From positions 1 through 64,000 of the forward strand of contig KZ538035.1 in NCBI GenBank assembly GCA_000934665.2: DNA of 64,000 bases, written 5' to 3'. Below, in pieces: positions 25,501 through 38,516 of this stretch. Origin of the DNA: Catajapyx aquilonaris (Eukaryota). A model generated the notes under the pieces. The model saw nothing but the letters and a program-made list of their open reading frames with translations, ran no database searches and was not told where the DNA came from. Within the stretch, counting starts at the first letter, position 1; every line of letters starts with the position of its first letter. A program made the translations under genes and the position numbers.

Positions 25501-27243
25501 AAGGTTATACACGTAACGCAGATAAGGTGTGACTGACTGACCTCACTGAGGGCGTTGGCCAGGAAAAGCTCCAGAAATAGCCTGAGCGTGCCCTTGAGGA
25601 CCACCTCGTGCAGGCGGGCTCTTGGTGGCCAGCCGTGACCTTTGCCCTCGCAGTCCGATATATCGTCCAGAAGTCCCGAATCAGCTCTCCTCTCACCCTC
25701 GCCCAGCATTACCTGAGTTAGTCAGAAATATTATTTTTCAAACCAATTGACCATGTAGAATTTGTGGACGTGCTCGCTCCACACTGGCGGAAAATTCTTG
25801 AAGGAAAATTCAGAAAAAAATCATTTTTGCAATTGTCATGATGACTTCTGTTGTTCATGCAAGTGAAATTCTTAATGTTTATGTATGTTACATTTATTGG
25901 AGCTGAATATTCCTGCGAGATTTTCAGCAAGTGGGGAGAGGGCTTGAGGCAGTTGGAACGGAGAAGCTATTTTTATTATTAGCCCCAGTTTATCGAAGTA
26001 GCTGATGTTGAATTTATTATACCACTTAATTACGCGTACACCCCCAATTTAGCAGCGCCTTCATTACGCTTGTTAATTGCCATTAACAATTCAGAACCTA
26101 CTGTTTGGATTCTCTGTTCCCCAACTGCTTCTCCCCTTCCGGCACTACACGTCACTCCTAATGGCAACAAGGATGCAAAGAGGCAATGTCCTGACCTTGT
26201 ACCTGACCCGACACTGCCGGTCGAACCCCGTGAGCCTGTTGAGGAAAAGCAGCAGTCTCGGGTCCGAGTCCTTCCCGTGTGGGTACACCGCCACGTTCCA
26301 GTCGAACCCCCCGAAGGAGAAGTAGGTAGACTCGAACTTGTGCACCTTGCCCCCTGTAGAGGACGAGGATGATGACCCTCCCGCAGCGCCTGTCCCTGAA
26401 CTGACCCTCAGGTCACACTCGAACAGGGTCCTCACGTTGCTCAGGCTCAGCTCCAGCTGGAACTCTCCGTTCTCGTCCGTGAAGTTCCTCTCGTACAGAT
26501 CCGTCACTGCCATGTACTTCCGGTTGCCTTGGGCAGGGGAGTCGAACGTGAACTTCACCTGGTGGTGGCAGGCAGCAGTGTGGGGGAAATGTTTTTAGAC
26601 ACAGATCATAAATGATGTCATTGCCCAAAATGTTGATTTATGATAATGGGGCGTATGTTATAGCAAGGGGACATTTAATTAGCGCGTTTAAATTAATCCG
26701 CGGGAGAGTGCTGTTGCAGCATTTGCTAATCGCTGGTCATATGTGGGCTTTATTTTTGCGTGATTTTTGCTATTGCCAGGAGATTATTGTGCAAAATATT
26801 TGCTGATACTATGTGGATTTTCCATGTTGTGGTTCATGCAAACATGGCATGATTAGTCACAGCTTAACATAGCTAATTATTATGGGATTAATTATTTGAG
26901 TTTATACGTAACTCATGCAGTGGAATATTGCAGTCAATACACCCCTGCTGACCTGCTTCCCGCTGAAGGACTCGTTAACGCTGAAGTGCTCTCGGTTGAG
27001 CAGGGTGAAGGTGAAGTCGATGTAGACCCTCATTCCTTCGGAAGGGTTCCTCCAGACCAGGTAGACCCCGAGGACCTTCTCCGTCCTGGAGAAGGTAATG
27101 GCCCAGCGCTGGTATCCGTACGTGAACTCTTTGGAGGTCACATCGCGGTGCAGGTCTCGAGTCACAGACTTGGTCACTATGAAGGTGAACACGTGCGTGT
27201 TGGCACGGTCCTGCACCTTCACGAAGCGGTACAGCAGCGACAT
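10196..27243 (-). CDS. Uncharacterised protein with three tandem MATH/TRAF-like domains plus coiled coil, 7 coding exons, 536 aa
   Basis: Join of 27243-26953, 26558-26196, 25712-25542, 24478-24321, 17545-17392, 10736-10597 and 10529-10196. All six junctions are phase-compatible and give one uninterrupted frame. MATH hallmarks: SKEFTYGYQRWAITF..LGVYL..FTFTLLN and STYFSFGGFDWNVAVYPHG..LLLFL. Heptad coiled coil REIQALQAENYSLERELFSYQKSM. Confidence 0.88.
10597..10736 (-). CDS. MATH-like gene coding exon 6
   Basis: TTCCAG|CTGGAG gives LEEPASSYLTDKNQLRVQIEWGESYLLFQSTYHKYDEVCRMHNYQM(R). Ends at AG|GCAAGT. Not in the ORF track. Confidence 0.85.
17392..17545 (-). CDS. MATH-like gene coding exon 5
   Basis: TTTCAG|ATATGTG, phase 2; YVCWNAYLL...SDVPIKE; donor GAG|GTAATT. 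Confidence 0.85.
18430..18830 (+). pseudogene. Highly decayed DIRS-like RNase H / methyltransferase-like relic
   Basis: Across frames: MGKNSQK, ILIKIPGI, EPERDASR, DSSALNWRKPIFYA. These follow the order of the DIRS motifs MGGT.S / HIPG..N / P.IDLFASR / DAF...W....YAFPP. Visual similarity only. Confidence 0.3.
19949..20026. repeat. 10-bp tandem repeat (ATACCGAAYT-like), about 7-8 degenerate copies
   Basis: accgaagtat tccgaattag accgaactat accgaattat accgaactat accgaatgat acggaatgat. Confidence 0.85.
22800..23300 (+). pseudogene. Decayed DIRS-like reverse transcriptase relic
   Basis: IFQYTAVPNWLT (cf. YQY..LP.GL), YGMDECEI (cf. YxDD) and LWVIPDTERSAIP..KIDGILYKS (cf. LGF.IN.EKS.L.P...I.FLG...DS) in the expected order, with stops and frameshifts. 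Confidence 0.3.
24321..24478 (-). CDS. MATH-like gene coding exon 4
   Basis: TGTCAG|GTGCTG; VLVPPF...CYDRDKQAWGLEAD...NVPRNHL(R); donor CAG|GTCAGA. Confidence 0.85.
24661..24735 (-). mobile_element. tRNA-derived SINE head (or tRNA pseudogene)
   Basis: The minus strand reads GGGGCGCACGGTAGTGTAGTGATGAGCGCC...GAGGTCCAGAGTTCGATCCCAGC, with A and B boxes, and resembles the head at 2000-2065. No intact acceptor stem. Confidence 0.55.
25542..25712 (-). CDS. MATH-like gene coding exon 3
   Basis: ACTCAG|GTAATG; VMLGEGERR...LANALSE; donor GAG|GTCAGT. Confidence 0.85.
26196..26558 (-). CDS. MATH-like gene coding exon 2
   Basis: CACCAG|GTGAAG; VKFTFDSPAQGNRK...FGGFDWNVAVYP...RVRYK; donor AAG|GTCAGG. 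Confidence 0.9.
26953..27243 (-). CDS. MATH-like gene coding exon 1
   Basis: ATG at 27243 (MSLLYRFVK). An in-frame TAG lies just upstream. Acceptor TTCTTTCAG ending at 27292 implies an upstream untranslated exon. Donor CAG|GTCAGC. Confidence 0.9.
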
Positions 27244-30200
27244 GCTCCGCTCTGTGCATCCGCGCCCGCACTCACACACACACTCCTAAATCTGAAAGAA
27301 TAAAAATGTACAGGGTGTTTCACACTGTATTTTATCCCACATCAATGTGAATATGATAAAAATTTGAATATTTCGAATGTGCTTTTATTGCAGTACACAA
27401 AGTAAAACAGTGGAAGTAAGGGTGTCCTCCTGTCAGATTCCGACGGCCTTTATACACTCGCTCATGCGAAGCTCTCGGAGTGTAGGAGACCGTAAGGGTG
27501 AAGCTCGTTAAATGAGTATTATTATGGTTCTCGCAGATGGGCATGAATTTGAAGAGCTCTTGCTCCCACTTCGCACCAAGTACAACCAACTTTACGCGAC
27601 ATACTTATACGTCAACGAAGAGTTTTTCTTCCATAGCGAGGGCCACCCTCTCCATCCGATTAATCTGGAGCTCATTTTTCATGCGGCAATTTGTGCGGAA
27701 TAATTACTCGTGTGCAAACAGGATTCTTGCTCTCTTACCATCTGGTCTAATTAATGACGCTTATAAGTTAGACACTTCAAGCGGATCATGTACGTGCTTG
27801 ACGTGATGTGGCGTGCATTCAATGAGTCTGCATGTGGATATACTTTTGTTTCCGCTTCCTGTGCACAGTGAATGCATCTAGCGAGAGCTGAAGGTCTGCT
27901 ATTCTAAACGCCTTACTTCCAGTAAACTTCTCTAGAGCCCGCCTCTGGTTCCAATAATAGGTATACTGCTGGCTCAATCTACTCTCAGGGAACGATAGAA
28001 GGATTACGAAACTGCTATTGCAGCAGGAGGAATGGCCAGTAGAGAAAGTAGTCGCATTGCAGTGCTGCTGCTGTTTAGAGTGAGATGTGGAACAAAAATA
28101 TCTATAAAAATATCAGTTGCCCAATTTTTATCAAGACTATGTGTCTGTTTGTTGAATATTAACTGTTAGTGGTTTTTGGCTGCTCGCCCCATTTCAGTTA
28201 ATAAGTCTAACACATTTACTGCGGCCAGTTATAGGCCATATGAACACCAATTAATGAGATTAAACACTTGGAATCCTCCACTTGTTGCTTGAATATGAAA
28301 TGATGAATTCACAGCCTTCATTCAATCAGCAACGCGAGATATTACCCGGATATTATTCGTTCGATCCTAAATTTATTGGATCGACATTGCCTTTGGGTTC
28401 TGCTTCAGACGATATCAAAATACCTTAATATTATTGATTTATGAATGTTAAAAATATTATCTAAAATATCCGGTGCACCAAATAGTCCACAGTGTACAAA
28501 ACAGCTGCTCATATAGGAGTAGTTTCCCGGTGCATTTCAGATCATTAAAAAAATAGTTCGGCCATATAAAACCCACGTGTGCAATCCCATCACGCGTAGC
28601 ATGTGCCGCCAACACTTCCGACGCGTCTCCTCACTCATATTTGGATGCTCATAACTTTTGAGCTGCACATGCGTCCTTTAGAGCCATATTCAGCTCCCTC
28701 GAAGCCCATGATCTGCTGCCTTCAAACTTGTACACCTCCATAACAATTTACATACATGTTGTTGTATGGATGTGGGATCCTTTTATGTCCTTCGCCCAGT
28801 TCTCTTTTTTGGGGGTGATAGACCACTTTGGAATAGGGGCTTTCATGTGGCCGAAAATAGAGCTCACTATGCGGTTATATTTTCATAATTCATATTTTGC
28901 GGGATGTGCTACATTACACACAGTCCCATACACTGGGTTACCGTGTCATTATTGCACGATTCAACATATGACAATATGCGGTAATCAAAGCTGATGCCAT
29001 CACTATACACGTTTTATGGAAATGTAGACTACTAATAATTTCGTTAACAGTATCCTAATCAATTGTGTAAATGCAAATAAGAGTCACATTTTGATCAAAA
29101 TAATTGAGTTGGAAATTTCAGGAATGGTCAATAGTGTTTTTCATTATCAAAACTTGAATTAAATTTATGCGTCCAATAAAAGGGCTGAAAAACTTGACAA
29201 TCAGGCATCTCCACTTCAGCTATTTGTTACTGTTACCATGCACATCCTCCTCATTCGTCAGACTGGCTTACTTATGACAGGTCAGGAAAAAAAAAAGCAA
29301 AGACAAGTTCTGGTACTCTCTCCGCCAATCCATCTCGGGTTGACAGAAATTACTCGGCCTTGTGACCTTGAGACCATGTGAAAGGGTTTTACAGACACAT
29401 GTGGCGGTAAGTGCTGAAAGTACATTTACATGTAGTAAAGCAATGTAAATAACGGTATTGTTTTAGCAACAGAAGGTGAATGGAACAGGAGCTCCATAGT
29501 GCAATATTGATTGTTTTTGTAATGGGCAAGGATGGTGGGTCATTACACTGTCCCACAATTAGAGAAAATAATTGGGCCCAAGTAAAACCCTTATGATAAT
29601 AAATGCCACCCCAAATACTCGAATCTATTTATATAGAGCATGGACTAAGCTTGTGGGTTCAGCATTGTCGGGAGCTTGGTAAGCTCCTCACATGATGTAT
29701 TCAGAGAATAGCATTAAGGCTCATTATATCATCGTTTACATTATGCCCGTAGGATAAAAATTCGCATTAAAGTTGTATTAATGCAAGAGAGATGGGCAAA
29801 ATATCCTAAGCAATATCGTCAAAAATTGTAATGTTATGGAAGGGTATTATGCTGATTAAGCCTCACTGTGTTTTATGCATGCATTAAAAACATTGTCGAC
29901 CAGAACGCAATATATTCTTGTAGAAATCATGGGGATTGTCCAGCATAAAAGATCAGATAACACCATGTTCTTTCTTTCATGTTTAATGTAGGAATTTATT
30001 TTATACTCAGTAACAAATGCTGATTTGTGCCCTGTAGTGCATTTTTTGTTTGATAATAATTTTGGCCTCCTTCCATTCACCGGCATTCAAATGATGCGAA
30101 ACAACAACTGACAGGTCCAAAAAAAACTTGCATTTCCATTGACAAACAGCATAGTGAATGTGCCATTGTACTGGAATAATTCTCCGCACTCAAAATGACA

Positions 30201-30872
30201 TAACGCTCTAAAGGCCTGCCTGGAGGGCTTGGCAAAACCAGCAGACAACACATTTATCCAAACTGAATATCCCTACACAAAGTGTCTAGCCAACAGGCTT
30301 GAACAGTAAGCAGGCTCCAAAAGCAGCATCTGGTCAACTCGGCTGCGTATCCAGTGATGAATTTTCCCAACTCCTGATCCTCACAGACCACAAATGGGTG
30401 CTTCTGGGAAGACGAACGGACTAGAAACTTGGCTGGCAGACACCAACCAGCACCAGCAGTTCAAACTCCACGTCTCAAGAATCATATATAGTAAAACCGG
30501 TCGCCTTTATGGGCCAGTTGTTCGCGGGTGAACCTCTACTGTACAGTACTTCCATAAACCTTGAATAATTCGGCAGAATATCGGTCCTCGACATTATGCA
30601 ATTTACATCAGTAGTGCCAAATAGACTGGTGTATTATTTATATCCAGGATTAGTTGCCCTCAAATTTGCGTAATACATTCACCACATGTTAATCAAAAGG
30701 GACGACCTAGAACTCCATTAGCCATTACCTCTCTAATACTGTGTGCCCTCCTTTCATGTGGTGTAATATATTTCGAAACGCAATTATGTTCCAAAATGCT
30801 GATGCATTCTACCAGTATTTGAGTTAGAAATCGTTAAGTTTGCGGTGAGCCGAATTTGGAACTAGAAAGCCT

Positions 30873-30891
30873 TGTGTGTGTGTGTGTGTGT
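30873..30891. repeat. (TG)n microsatellite
   Basis: Read directly from the sequence. Confidence 0.85.
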
Positions 30892-33800
30892 ATTACTCCC
30901 TGACTGTGCGAAATGATGGCGAGGCTTTTGCAGGGCCAGACCCCGTGTAGCAGCAGCCGAAAAAGCAACGAAGCAACAAACGCGCTGCGGGGATGCAAAC
31001 GTTTTCTGTGAGCCCCAGGCGGCCTCGCAATCCTCCCCACGATGCACTTCAACAACACTACTATAGCGCCTTAATTGCTGAATAATTAATGGTTAATCCC
31101 CTCACCTCCCTACCTACCCCCTGCCTTTCCCACTACCTCCCAACCTTTGCACCTTCCCACACCTGCTGCGGTGAGATTCATTATTCCTAGCCTACTAATC
31201 TAGAAACGTGCTAATTAGCTTCAAAGAAGCAGCTCTACGAATTAGTATTTCTCCACATTGACCATTATGAAGGTGCTAACAGAAATCACTCCACTTCCAG
31301 CATGGGATTGAGCACCATATAATACTGATTAATTTTCAAAACCTATACGTATATAGCTGGGTGGTATACCCTGTAAGGGCAGTGCAGGACCGGGGGCTAA
31401 CGTGCTGGGAAATGAACAAAAGGCCGTCCGTTCCGTTGATGAATGAAACTGGGAATGATAATGTGGAAATGAGTAATATGCGAGGGACCGTGGCTGGCAA
31501 ATGCGAGCAGTTAATTCCCCGCAGGAAGCAGGCACGGACGCTAATTGCAGCAGAGGAAAGTCACAGGCTCCGGAAGAGGAGAGACGCTCATTCCCCCGAC
31601 CTTCAGGAACCATCTCGCATATTTTTGAGCCACGAAATTGGGTCAACACTCACAAATTTCACCAACCAGCAACATGGCAGAATGGAGGTCAAGCCGGTAT
31701 TAAAATATTGAGCCCCGTTCGGTTATAAGATCCAGGCACTTTCTAATCTCTGGCAACCCTGCACTACTTTGCTTACTAAGAAGACAGCTACTTTTCCCCC
31801 CCCCNCCCCCCCCCCCTTTAGACTACCTCTCCGGAGAAAAAGAAGAAAGGTAGCCATCCTCTATGCATGCACAACCATAGTGCAGGTCTTAGAGAGCTTT
31901 CAGGCTTTTGGATGCTGTTCAAACAGGTACATGTGTTCAGAAAATCCTCTTGGCTATTCTCCCTCGGGAACAGACCAAAGTGGGAATTCGCCATCTCACT
32001 ATTGTCAATCTTCATTCAGACCCTCGCTTGTTTGGCAGTCAGAATGCATCTTGGAGGGTGTTTTTTATCTGGCATTTTTCTTGAAACATATTGCGTCATA
32101 AGTGGGTACGGATGAGGAGGCGGGGCAAGTTTGCAGAGTTGAGTGCGGAATTTCCGAAGGGAGCAGGATCACGGTAATGGGCAAACTTGGAGTAAAGAGG
32201 CTTACGTCAAGGAGAATTTGCAGCTACAGCCTAGGGTAGCTCGTAAAAAAGCATGTTGTGGAAAACTGCTGCGCTTCAATCAGCCGACTGCTGGAAGCAC
32301 TGGAAAGGAAGAAATAATCAATTTGGACTCTCTTTGACTAGCAGAATGGACCGCTTTTAGATTTCCGATTCCCTCCAGATTGATTTTCAATCCAGACTTG
32401 GAGCTCAGGTTTACCATGGTATTACAACACTTTGCTCGATTCTTTATGTCGGCTTGTCATAACCCCTCAAGAGTTCATTTCTGCTCGAGGCATCGATATA
32501 AACCATTTCATCATGAATCAAAACGAGGGTGTTACAAACTCAAATGAAGGACATCTGGTTTGGATCACTCAGAAAACTGACAATAAAATCGGGGTATAGC
32601 AACAGTTGAATGCAGAAAGCGACGCAAAAAAAAATAGACAATCTTTTTTTTGTCTCTTCTTTTCTCTTGTGGTCACTACTTCGGAAGAGTGGTGTTGGGG
32701 ATTTGGAGGCGGAGGAGGTGGAGTCGAGCTGACATTCGACACCAGTCTTCCATTCCCCGGATGTTTTTTCCCCGCAAAAACCGCGAGCCGAGAAGCCATT
32801 TGTCCCAACAGCCAATGACTCCGATCCTCTTCGCTGACTCCATTTTCAAATGCTGTTTCCAAGTGAACAAAGAAAGACCCAAGTTTTTGGTCCTACTGAA
32901 TCTCTAGACTTTTTTTCCCCTTCTGTTTCTCTGGCTCTCTCAACTGATCCGCAGACAGGGTGGGGACAAGGCAGGGTGGGAGGATTATAGAAGAGAAAAA
33001 GAGTGTAGCTTTTTTTTCCAAGAAGAAGTAGCTAGCTCCGTTTTACAAGCACGATTGTGGTCTCGTTTGTCTCCATTATGTAGTGGGAGCGTCCCACTTA
33101 ATCGCGCTGGCTCGGAATAAGAAAGAGGTAATAATCGGCGCAATTACTCTGTCTCGGAGTGCTCATAAAGCGCTTCATTTCGTAGTTAATGGTACCTTCT
33201 CAGTTCGTATACCCTCTATCTTTGTGGGAACAAAGACGCACCATGGACCGCCCCTGTTAGTTGCAAGAGGGTTGTTATATCCCGCCTGTTTCCTTTGCAA
33301 ACAAAGTTGTAGGACCGCATGCAGATATCGTGTCTCAGGGGGCCTAAATGAAAAATTTAGTGAAGTTGCTCCCCGAGCCAAATTGGATGAGACAAATTCA
33401 GGAGGAGATTCAATAATGAATATGTTGTTTAACCGGAGCAGTACCAACGTATGGATTTATTGAACGTTCGTCAAAAGAACAAAAGTGGTTGTCATATATA
33501 CAGAAACGTATTCCGCACAGTATTGTTCACAATGGTTCATTGTCCTGGATGGTCCAGTTACACTATGGAATCCGGCCAGTTGGATGGCATATATGCACAC
33601 TCAAACAACTCCATCAGTCAAACACTTTTGAACAAAATTTAATTAACGGCATAATCCATTGTAATATGCTTCTTTGTAATCCCCGTACATATTCTGATCT
33701 GACGGCTGTCAACCGAATTGGCCTTCTTACTATTACGCATGAACGCGCCGGAACAGAAGATGTGCATTACAGCGATGCATTCGTATGGGCGTGAATATTA

Positions 33801-33949
33801 ATCCCGTCTCGTAACATTATAGAGAGAGTTCCGCAAGAGCGCGCACTCGAATAATCCTTGTCCGATACTTTTTAGCTCCAGTAGTACATCAGCAATGATC
33901 TCAAGCGAAAATTCACAACTGCTAACTGCTAATAACAATTAATTATTTA

Positions 33950-35640
33950 CGCATGCTCTCCACCGAACCAAGTGCAAGATCAGCATCTGCAGCAACATCG
34001 GTGGTGGCAACGACCATGCAGTTATATGAATTAGTTCTCGGCCTGCCAAGTATCGATTGTACAGTAGCACAAGGACCTTCAGCTGCTTGGCCAAGCTGGT
34101 CTGCTGCTGCGGCGGCACCCACTTGTAGCTGGCTCAACAGGCAGCAGCGGCACCAGGGAAAACAACCAATAGCTGCGTATAGGGTCGAACACTTGCTTAC
34201 AGAGGTAGTGTACTTGCAAAGTAGAAGACTGTCGGGGGTGGTTGGGAGGAAGGGAGGGTTAGAAGAGGGCTTAGCGTGCCACGTACAACTCTCGAGCAGG
34301 GGGGCTTAAGCCTTTCGGTTCCGAACCGATGCACTTGATCCAAATAGAGAGCCATGTCTGATCCTGCTCGACATCCAAGAAGAATCTTTTCCTTTTCAAG
34401 CCAACCCCACTCAATGCCTGGAGATTGATTTATGCCTGAATACATTATCGGTTCTTAACTACACTTGCTCACGTCCTCGGCTGCCTTCAACTCCAGAGGG
34501 AACCTCCCACCTAGTGTCAACTTACAAGCAGCGTAGCACTAATATTTGCACCGCATGGCTTTGTCTTTGTCGCACTCTATATAGCTCTCAGAAATGAAAC
34601 ATGGTGGCGGTGCACAGGCGTATGCCCTACATTCCCAATAATATCGATTTTTTTCGTTTATTTGCACAACTTATAAGAATATAAGGTGAAAACTGTCTCC
34701 GCATGCAAAATACGATTTTCTGCCTGACTAATTTCAACATTGCAGAGTGTTTCATAATGATTCAAACATGAGGTAATCTGGGCATTTTATGTACGAAAAT
34801 TACGTTCGATTCCGCATCATAATATTATACACATAATTATAATTAATAAAATTGTGCATTACACAACAATTTCATCGCCTCGTTGGTTCCCGTGGGTGCT
34901 CCATATAGAAGTTTGTCTACATTATTCCTATGGAGGAAAGATTTACTAGTTTTTCTGGGTCTCTCAGGTCATTGTGTGAATGGATAGATCAACCTGCAAT
35001 CTGTCGAGTACGTTACTCCAGCTCTTACGCAACGAAGCACTTCCTTAATCCCAAGTGGACATCGAGCCAGCCATATTTCCCAAGCCATCCTGCTTAAAAG
35101 GAGTGTAAGTGACGATAACGAATGTTTCAGACTGTTGGATACCCCCATAATGGCTGCTGGAACTGTCGAGAGAGTGCTGCCTCCTCCTCGGATTCACCAT
35201 TGAAGAGGCTGTTGCTACAAGTGCAACTCTAGCCCAATTCTGGTATCAAGAAGCACACTAAAGCTGCTTCACTCGTATCAAGTAGAGGGTGGGGGCTACA
35301 ACCAGGAGGGACATGTATAATGCAAGCTGGACGAGTCAGGCAAGAGCTCTAGTAATGAAGGTCGTGGGTTGGCACAGCCAACTACTCTTTGTGAGGCGGT
35401 TATGCCTGGGCACAATGCAGGCGACGTGTTCGCTTCGCGCTCGACTGATTGCCACGCGTCCACTCAGGCTACCGGGTTTATGCTCCTCACAAAAGCCGAC
35501 ACTTATTAGCTGACAAGATCTGCACAAAGGCTTCCGTTTTCATCGATGTTACAGGCATCGAGATACTCCACTCTACCTTACTTAATATTAATTCACTAGA
35601 GCTTTCAGGAGTAGGCGGGCCTGTCAAAATTGTTTTCTGG
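33950..35640 (-). pseudogene. Decayed DIRS-like RT-RNase H-methyltransferase-like region, interrupted by an AT-rich block
   Basis: In order on the minus strand: VEYLDACNI (YxDD-like), LISVGF, ITRALA*LVQL, INQSPGIEWG..KILLGCRAGSDMALYL...RFGT (RNase H-like), AWSLPPPMLL (YAFPP-like). Visual similarity only. Confidence 0.4.
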
Positions 35641-38159
35641 AGTGTCTATTAAGTGGGGCCAATTTGGACGACCACTTTTTATTTGATTAAAAGCTAGGGT
35701 TACGATGGGGGGTTAATGACGCTCTAAAAATTTTGCTAACTGCTTCTCGGTGCTTTGGAGTAAAAATCGCGAAATAATATCGGATTTGATCAATTTGATA
35801 AGCCCATCTCTTAAGAGAATGAGTGATGCGAATGTAAAGGAACACCAATGGGAAGAATTTATCCTGGATGGTTGTGTATGAAAAAAAATTCGTGAGCACA
35901 GCGTTTTCAGGCAGAAAACTTACTTTGGGAGCAGCCAAGGTCCTCCTTGAATTGGATAGGTCAGATCGAATTTGACGGCGGCTTCTCTCTGGGAAAAGAT
36001 TTGGGTGGGCGTGTTGGGAATATTTCCCATCCCTCCCCGCGCTCTTGAATATGATGAGAATGCGCCTTGTCTCGACTACATTTTATCCGAAATCCAATGC
36101 CACAACAGTGTAGAAGCAGTAGCCACGATTTGATTGAAGCCTTTCACATCATTCTGAAGTGTATTTGCCTCATAAATAGAATGATGGACTGGTAGTGGGA
36201 GCCTTGAGAGAAGGAAGAATGATGTCTCAAGAAAGTACCTTTTGCACAGGAGTAAAGGGAGGGAAAATAATACTGTAGAGCTGTAGAGGATGGGAAAATG
36301 GGCGTGGTAAGTACCTTGTGATGATGAAACTTGAATCGGCCTTTGGCTTTGCCTCTCCATCGTCTTCTCCTTTTCCAGTTACTTCTCTCAAAAAGCCATT
36401 TAGCACCGGACAAAAGGTGGCTGGGAACAAAGACAGCCTGGGATCCCTCTTTGCTCTGAAGATCTTCACTTGTCAGCCTGTCTCTTTCCTGCCTGTTCAC
36501 ATTGCTTTCCTTTCGAGAACACGTCACAATAAAACGGCACAAAGAAACAAGCGAGACCAGTCATTAATAAAGAGTCGTCTTACAGCAATAGTTTCTACCT
36601 ACCTACAAAGTTTCGGGAGCCCTAGAAATTGTTTGTGCTCTTTGAAAATCATATCTGACAATGAAATTTTGCATCATTTTAAGGTAAAAAAAAAGAATTA
36701 CATGCTAAATTATGCGCCAGTCATTTCTGCTTTGAGACTCACACGGCTCCACAATAACAAGCAGTTTTGCAAAATTAAATTAGCTTTTTTATCGGGAGTG
36801 ACCACATGATGAGGGATTTGGTCAGGTGTCACTTGGTAAGCCAATACAATTATAATTTCCAGATAGCATGATATCCTCACCACAATTACAGATAAAAATG
36901 TTGGGTATTACTGTACATTACCACATTAGCATAATTCTTAACTGAAACCTGGCATTCAATGCACGGCAAATATAAGAGTGCTAGGAAGTCAATGACCATA
37001 AAACCAACCTCATTCCTAGTTATAAAATTTTTTACTGCAACAATAACTTCCCAAATTGATTCTCCGTCCTTTTGACAAAAGTGCCAATTATCCTGCGCCA
37101 GTGTTACATGCTCGCTTCCGGGATGATGAGAAAAGCACAAACGGCACAGAGCAGGCACAGAGAGCAAGGATTAGCCCTGACTGTAAGTTATCCTGACTGT
37201 TCAGACCCACCCTTTTGCCTCTTCTGCGCAACGGGATGCCTGACAAGCAGGAACTCACAATATATTTCTGCAGTCCTTGTTGTTGTCGACGCTTGTTGTA
37301 GGACGCTGTGTGATTTACCACGAATGCATGTTGCGTAATCGAGCATTTTTGCAGCTATTCATCTGGGTACGCACTTTGCAATGAACCTCATCACATAATG
37401 ACCTGCATTGATTTCTTTAAAAAAATTGAAAGGACTGTCAGTACGAAAAAACAATGTTGTTAACTATTGTTTGTTCGCGAGGGGTTGTATGGCGCTGTCA
37501 TACGGAATTATCTGGAGTACACATTGCGTCATGGCTTCTGAAAATATGCCAGAACAATTAGCTTAATATAAACTTATTTTTACAGTTGGTTTTCTATCGT
37601 TATTATCGTGTAATTACAGGCGGAAGTACAGCAAGAAACTTTTTCTAGTGCCATGCAAACCCATTCCTATACCGTATTATGCGCAAAATAATTGTTACAA
37701 AATCTGTGCCACACTGCATGTTAAATACACCAGTAGGCTTTCTAAGTAGGCCTACTGGGGGTGCTTTCAAAAATAATGTCCTATAAAATACTGTACATCT
37801 ACGAGGATACATTTAAAAGTTTAAAAGGTCACATTCGTGGATATGCATGCTTCTATGAATTATAAGCTCATTTATAGGATCATTAGTAGACCTATACTCC
37901 GCATGCTAGTTGAAAAAAAATTATTGACTCAATGTCAAAGTTGACTCGTGCCAATGAAAATGATGGGAAACACTGCATTCCTGTCAAAAATGCGCGCATG
38001 GGTTTTTGGACAGTTACAACTCCATAATCCATACATTGCGTATAGCTGGTATAGGGACGTTTTCAATGCTGCATTAAGAGAACCGGCAAAAACAGTCTCC
38101 CTTAATGCATCATTGAAAACGGCAATAACCTCCTGAAAACCTTTCTTTCCCAGTATTAT

Positions 38160-38482
38160 GAGTGCAGCAAGTGCGTTTTCCCGTTGTGGCAAAGGCACCA
38201 TTTTATTGGACCATAATTTTGCCTTAACTGAACTCTAGGAACCCTAGGAAGGCGGTGGCGAAGGAAACTCTTTGCAGGCAATCTACACGAATGACTTTGT
38301 GCAGAGAGTGTGTAATATAGGTTAGAGTAGCCAGGAAGACAAGGCAGGTTTGGTAGGCAGGAAGGAAACAGAGGTGGTGTGAAGGAAACTTCTTTCATTT
38401 TGTACCCGCGAGTTCTAGAAGTTGCTTTCGGACCCGACAAGTGTTCCAATTAGTCTGCTGACGTGGAGCAACCAGGGGGAAT
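38160..38482 (-). pseudogene. Decayed DIRS-like RNase H end / methyltransferase-like relic
   Basis: IPPGCSTSAD*L (cf. HIPG..N..AD.LSR), then PPLFPSCLPNLPCLPGYS (cf. DLFAS..N..LP.Y.S). Confidence 0.25.
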
Positions 38483-38500
38483 AAGGGGGGGGGGGGGGGG

Positions 38501-38516
38501 NNNNNNNNNNNNNNNN
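38501..38516. other. Assembly gap (16 N) after a poly-G run
   Basis: N run in the sequence. Single or double Ns also occur inside G/C runs at 31805 and 43028-43029. Confidence 0.98.

Noticed and set aside
27244..27279. N-terminal extension MCECGRGCTERS in the ORF track
   Set aside because: It begins at a GTG within a TG repeat. The first ATG is at 27243.
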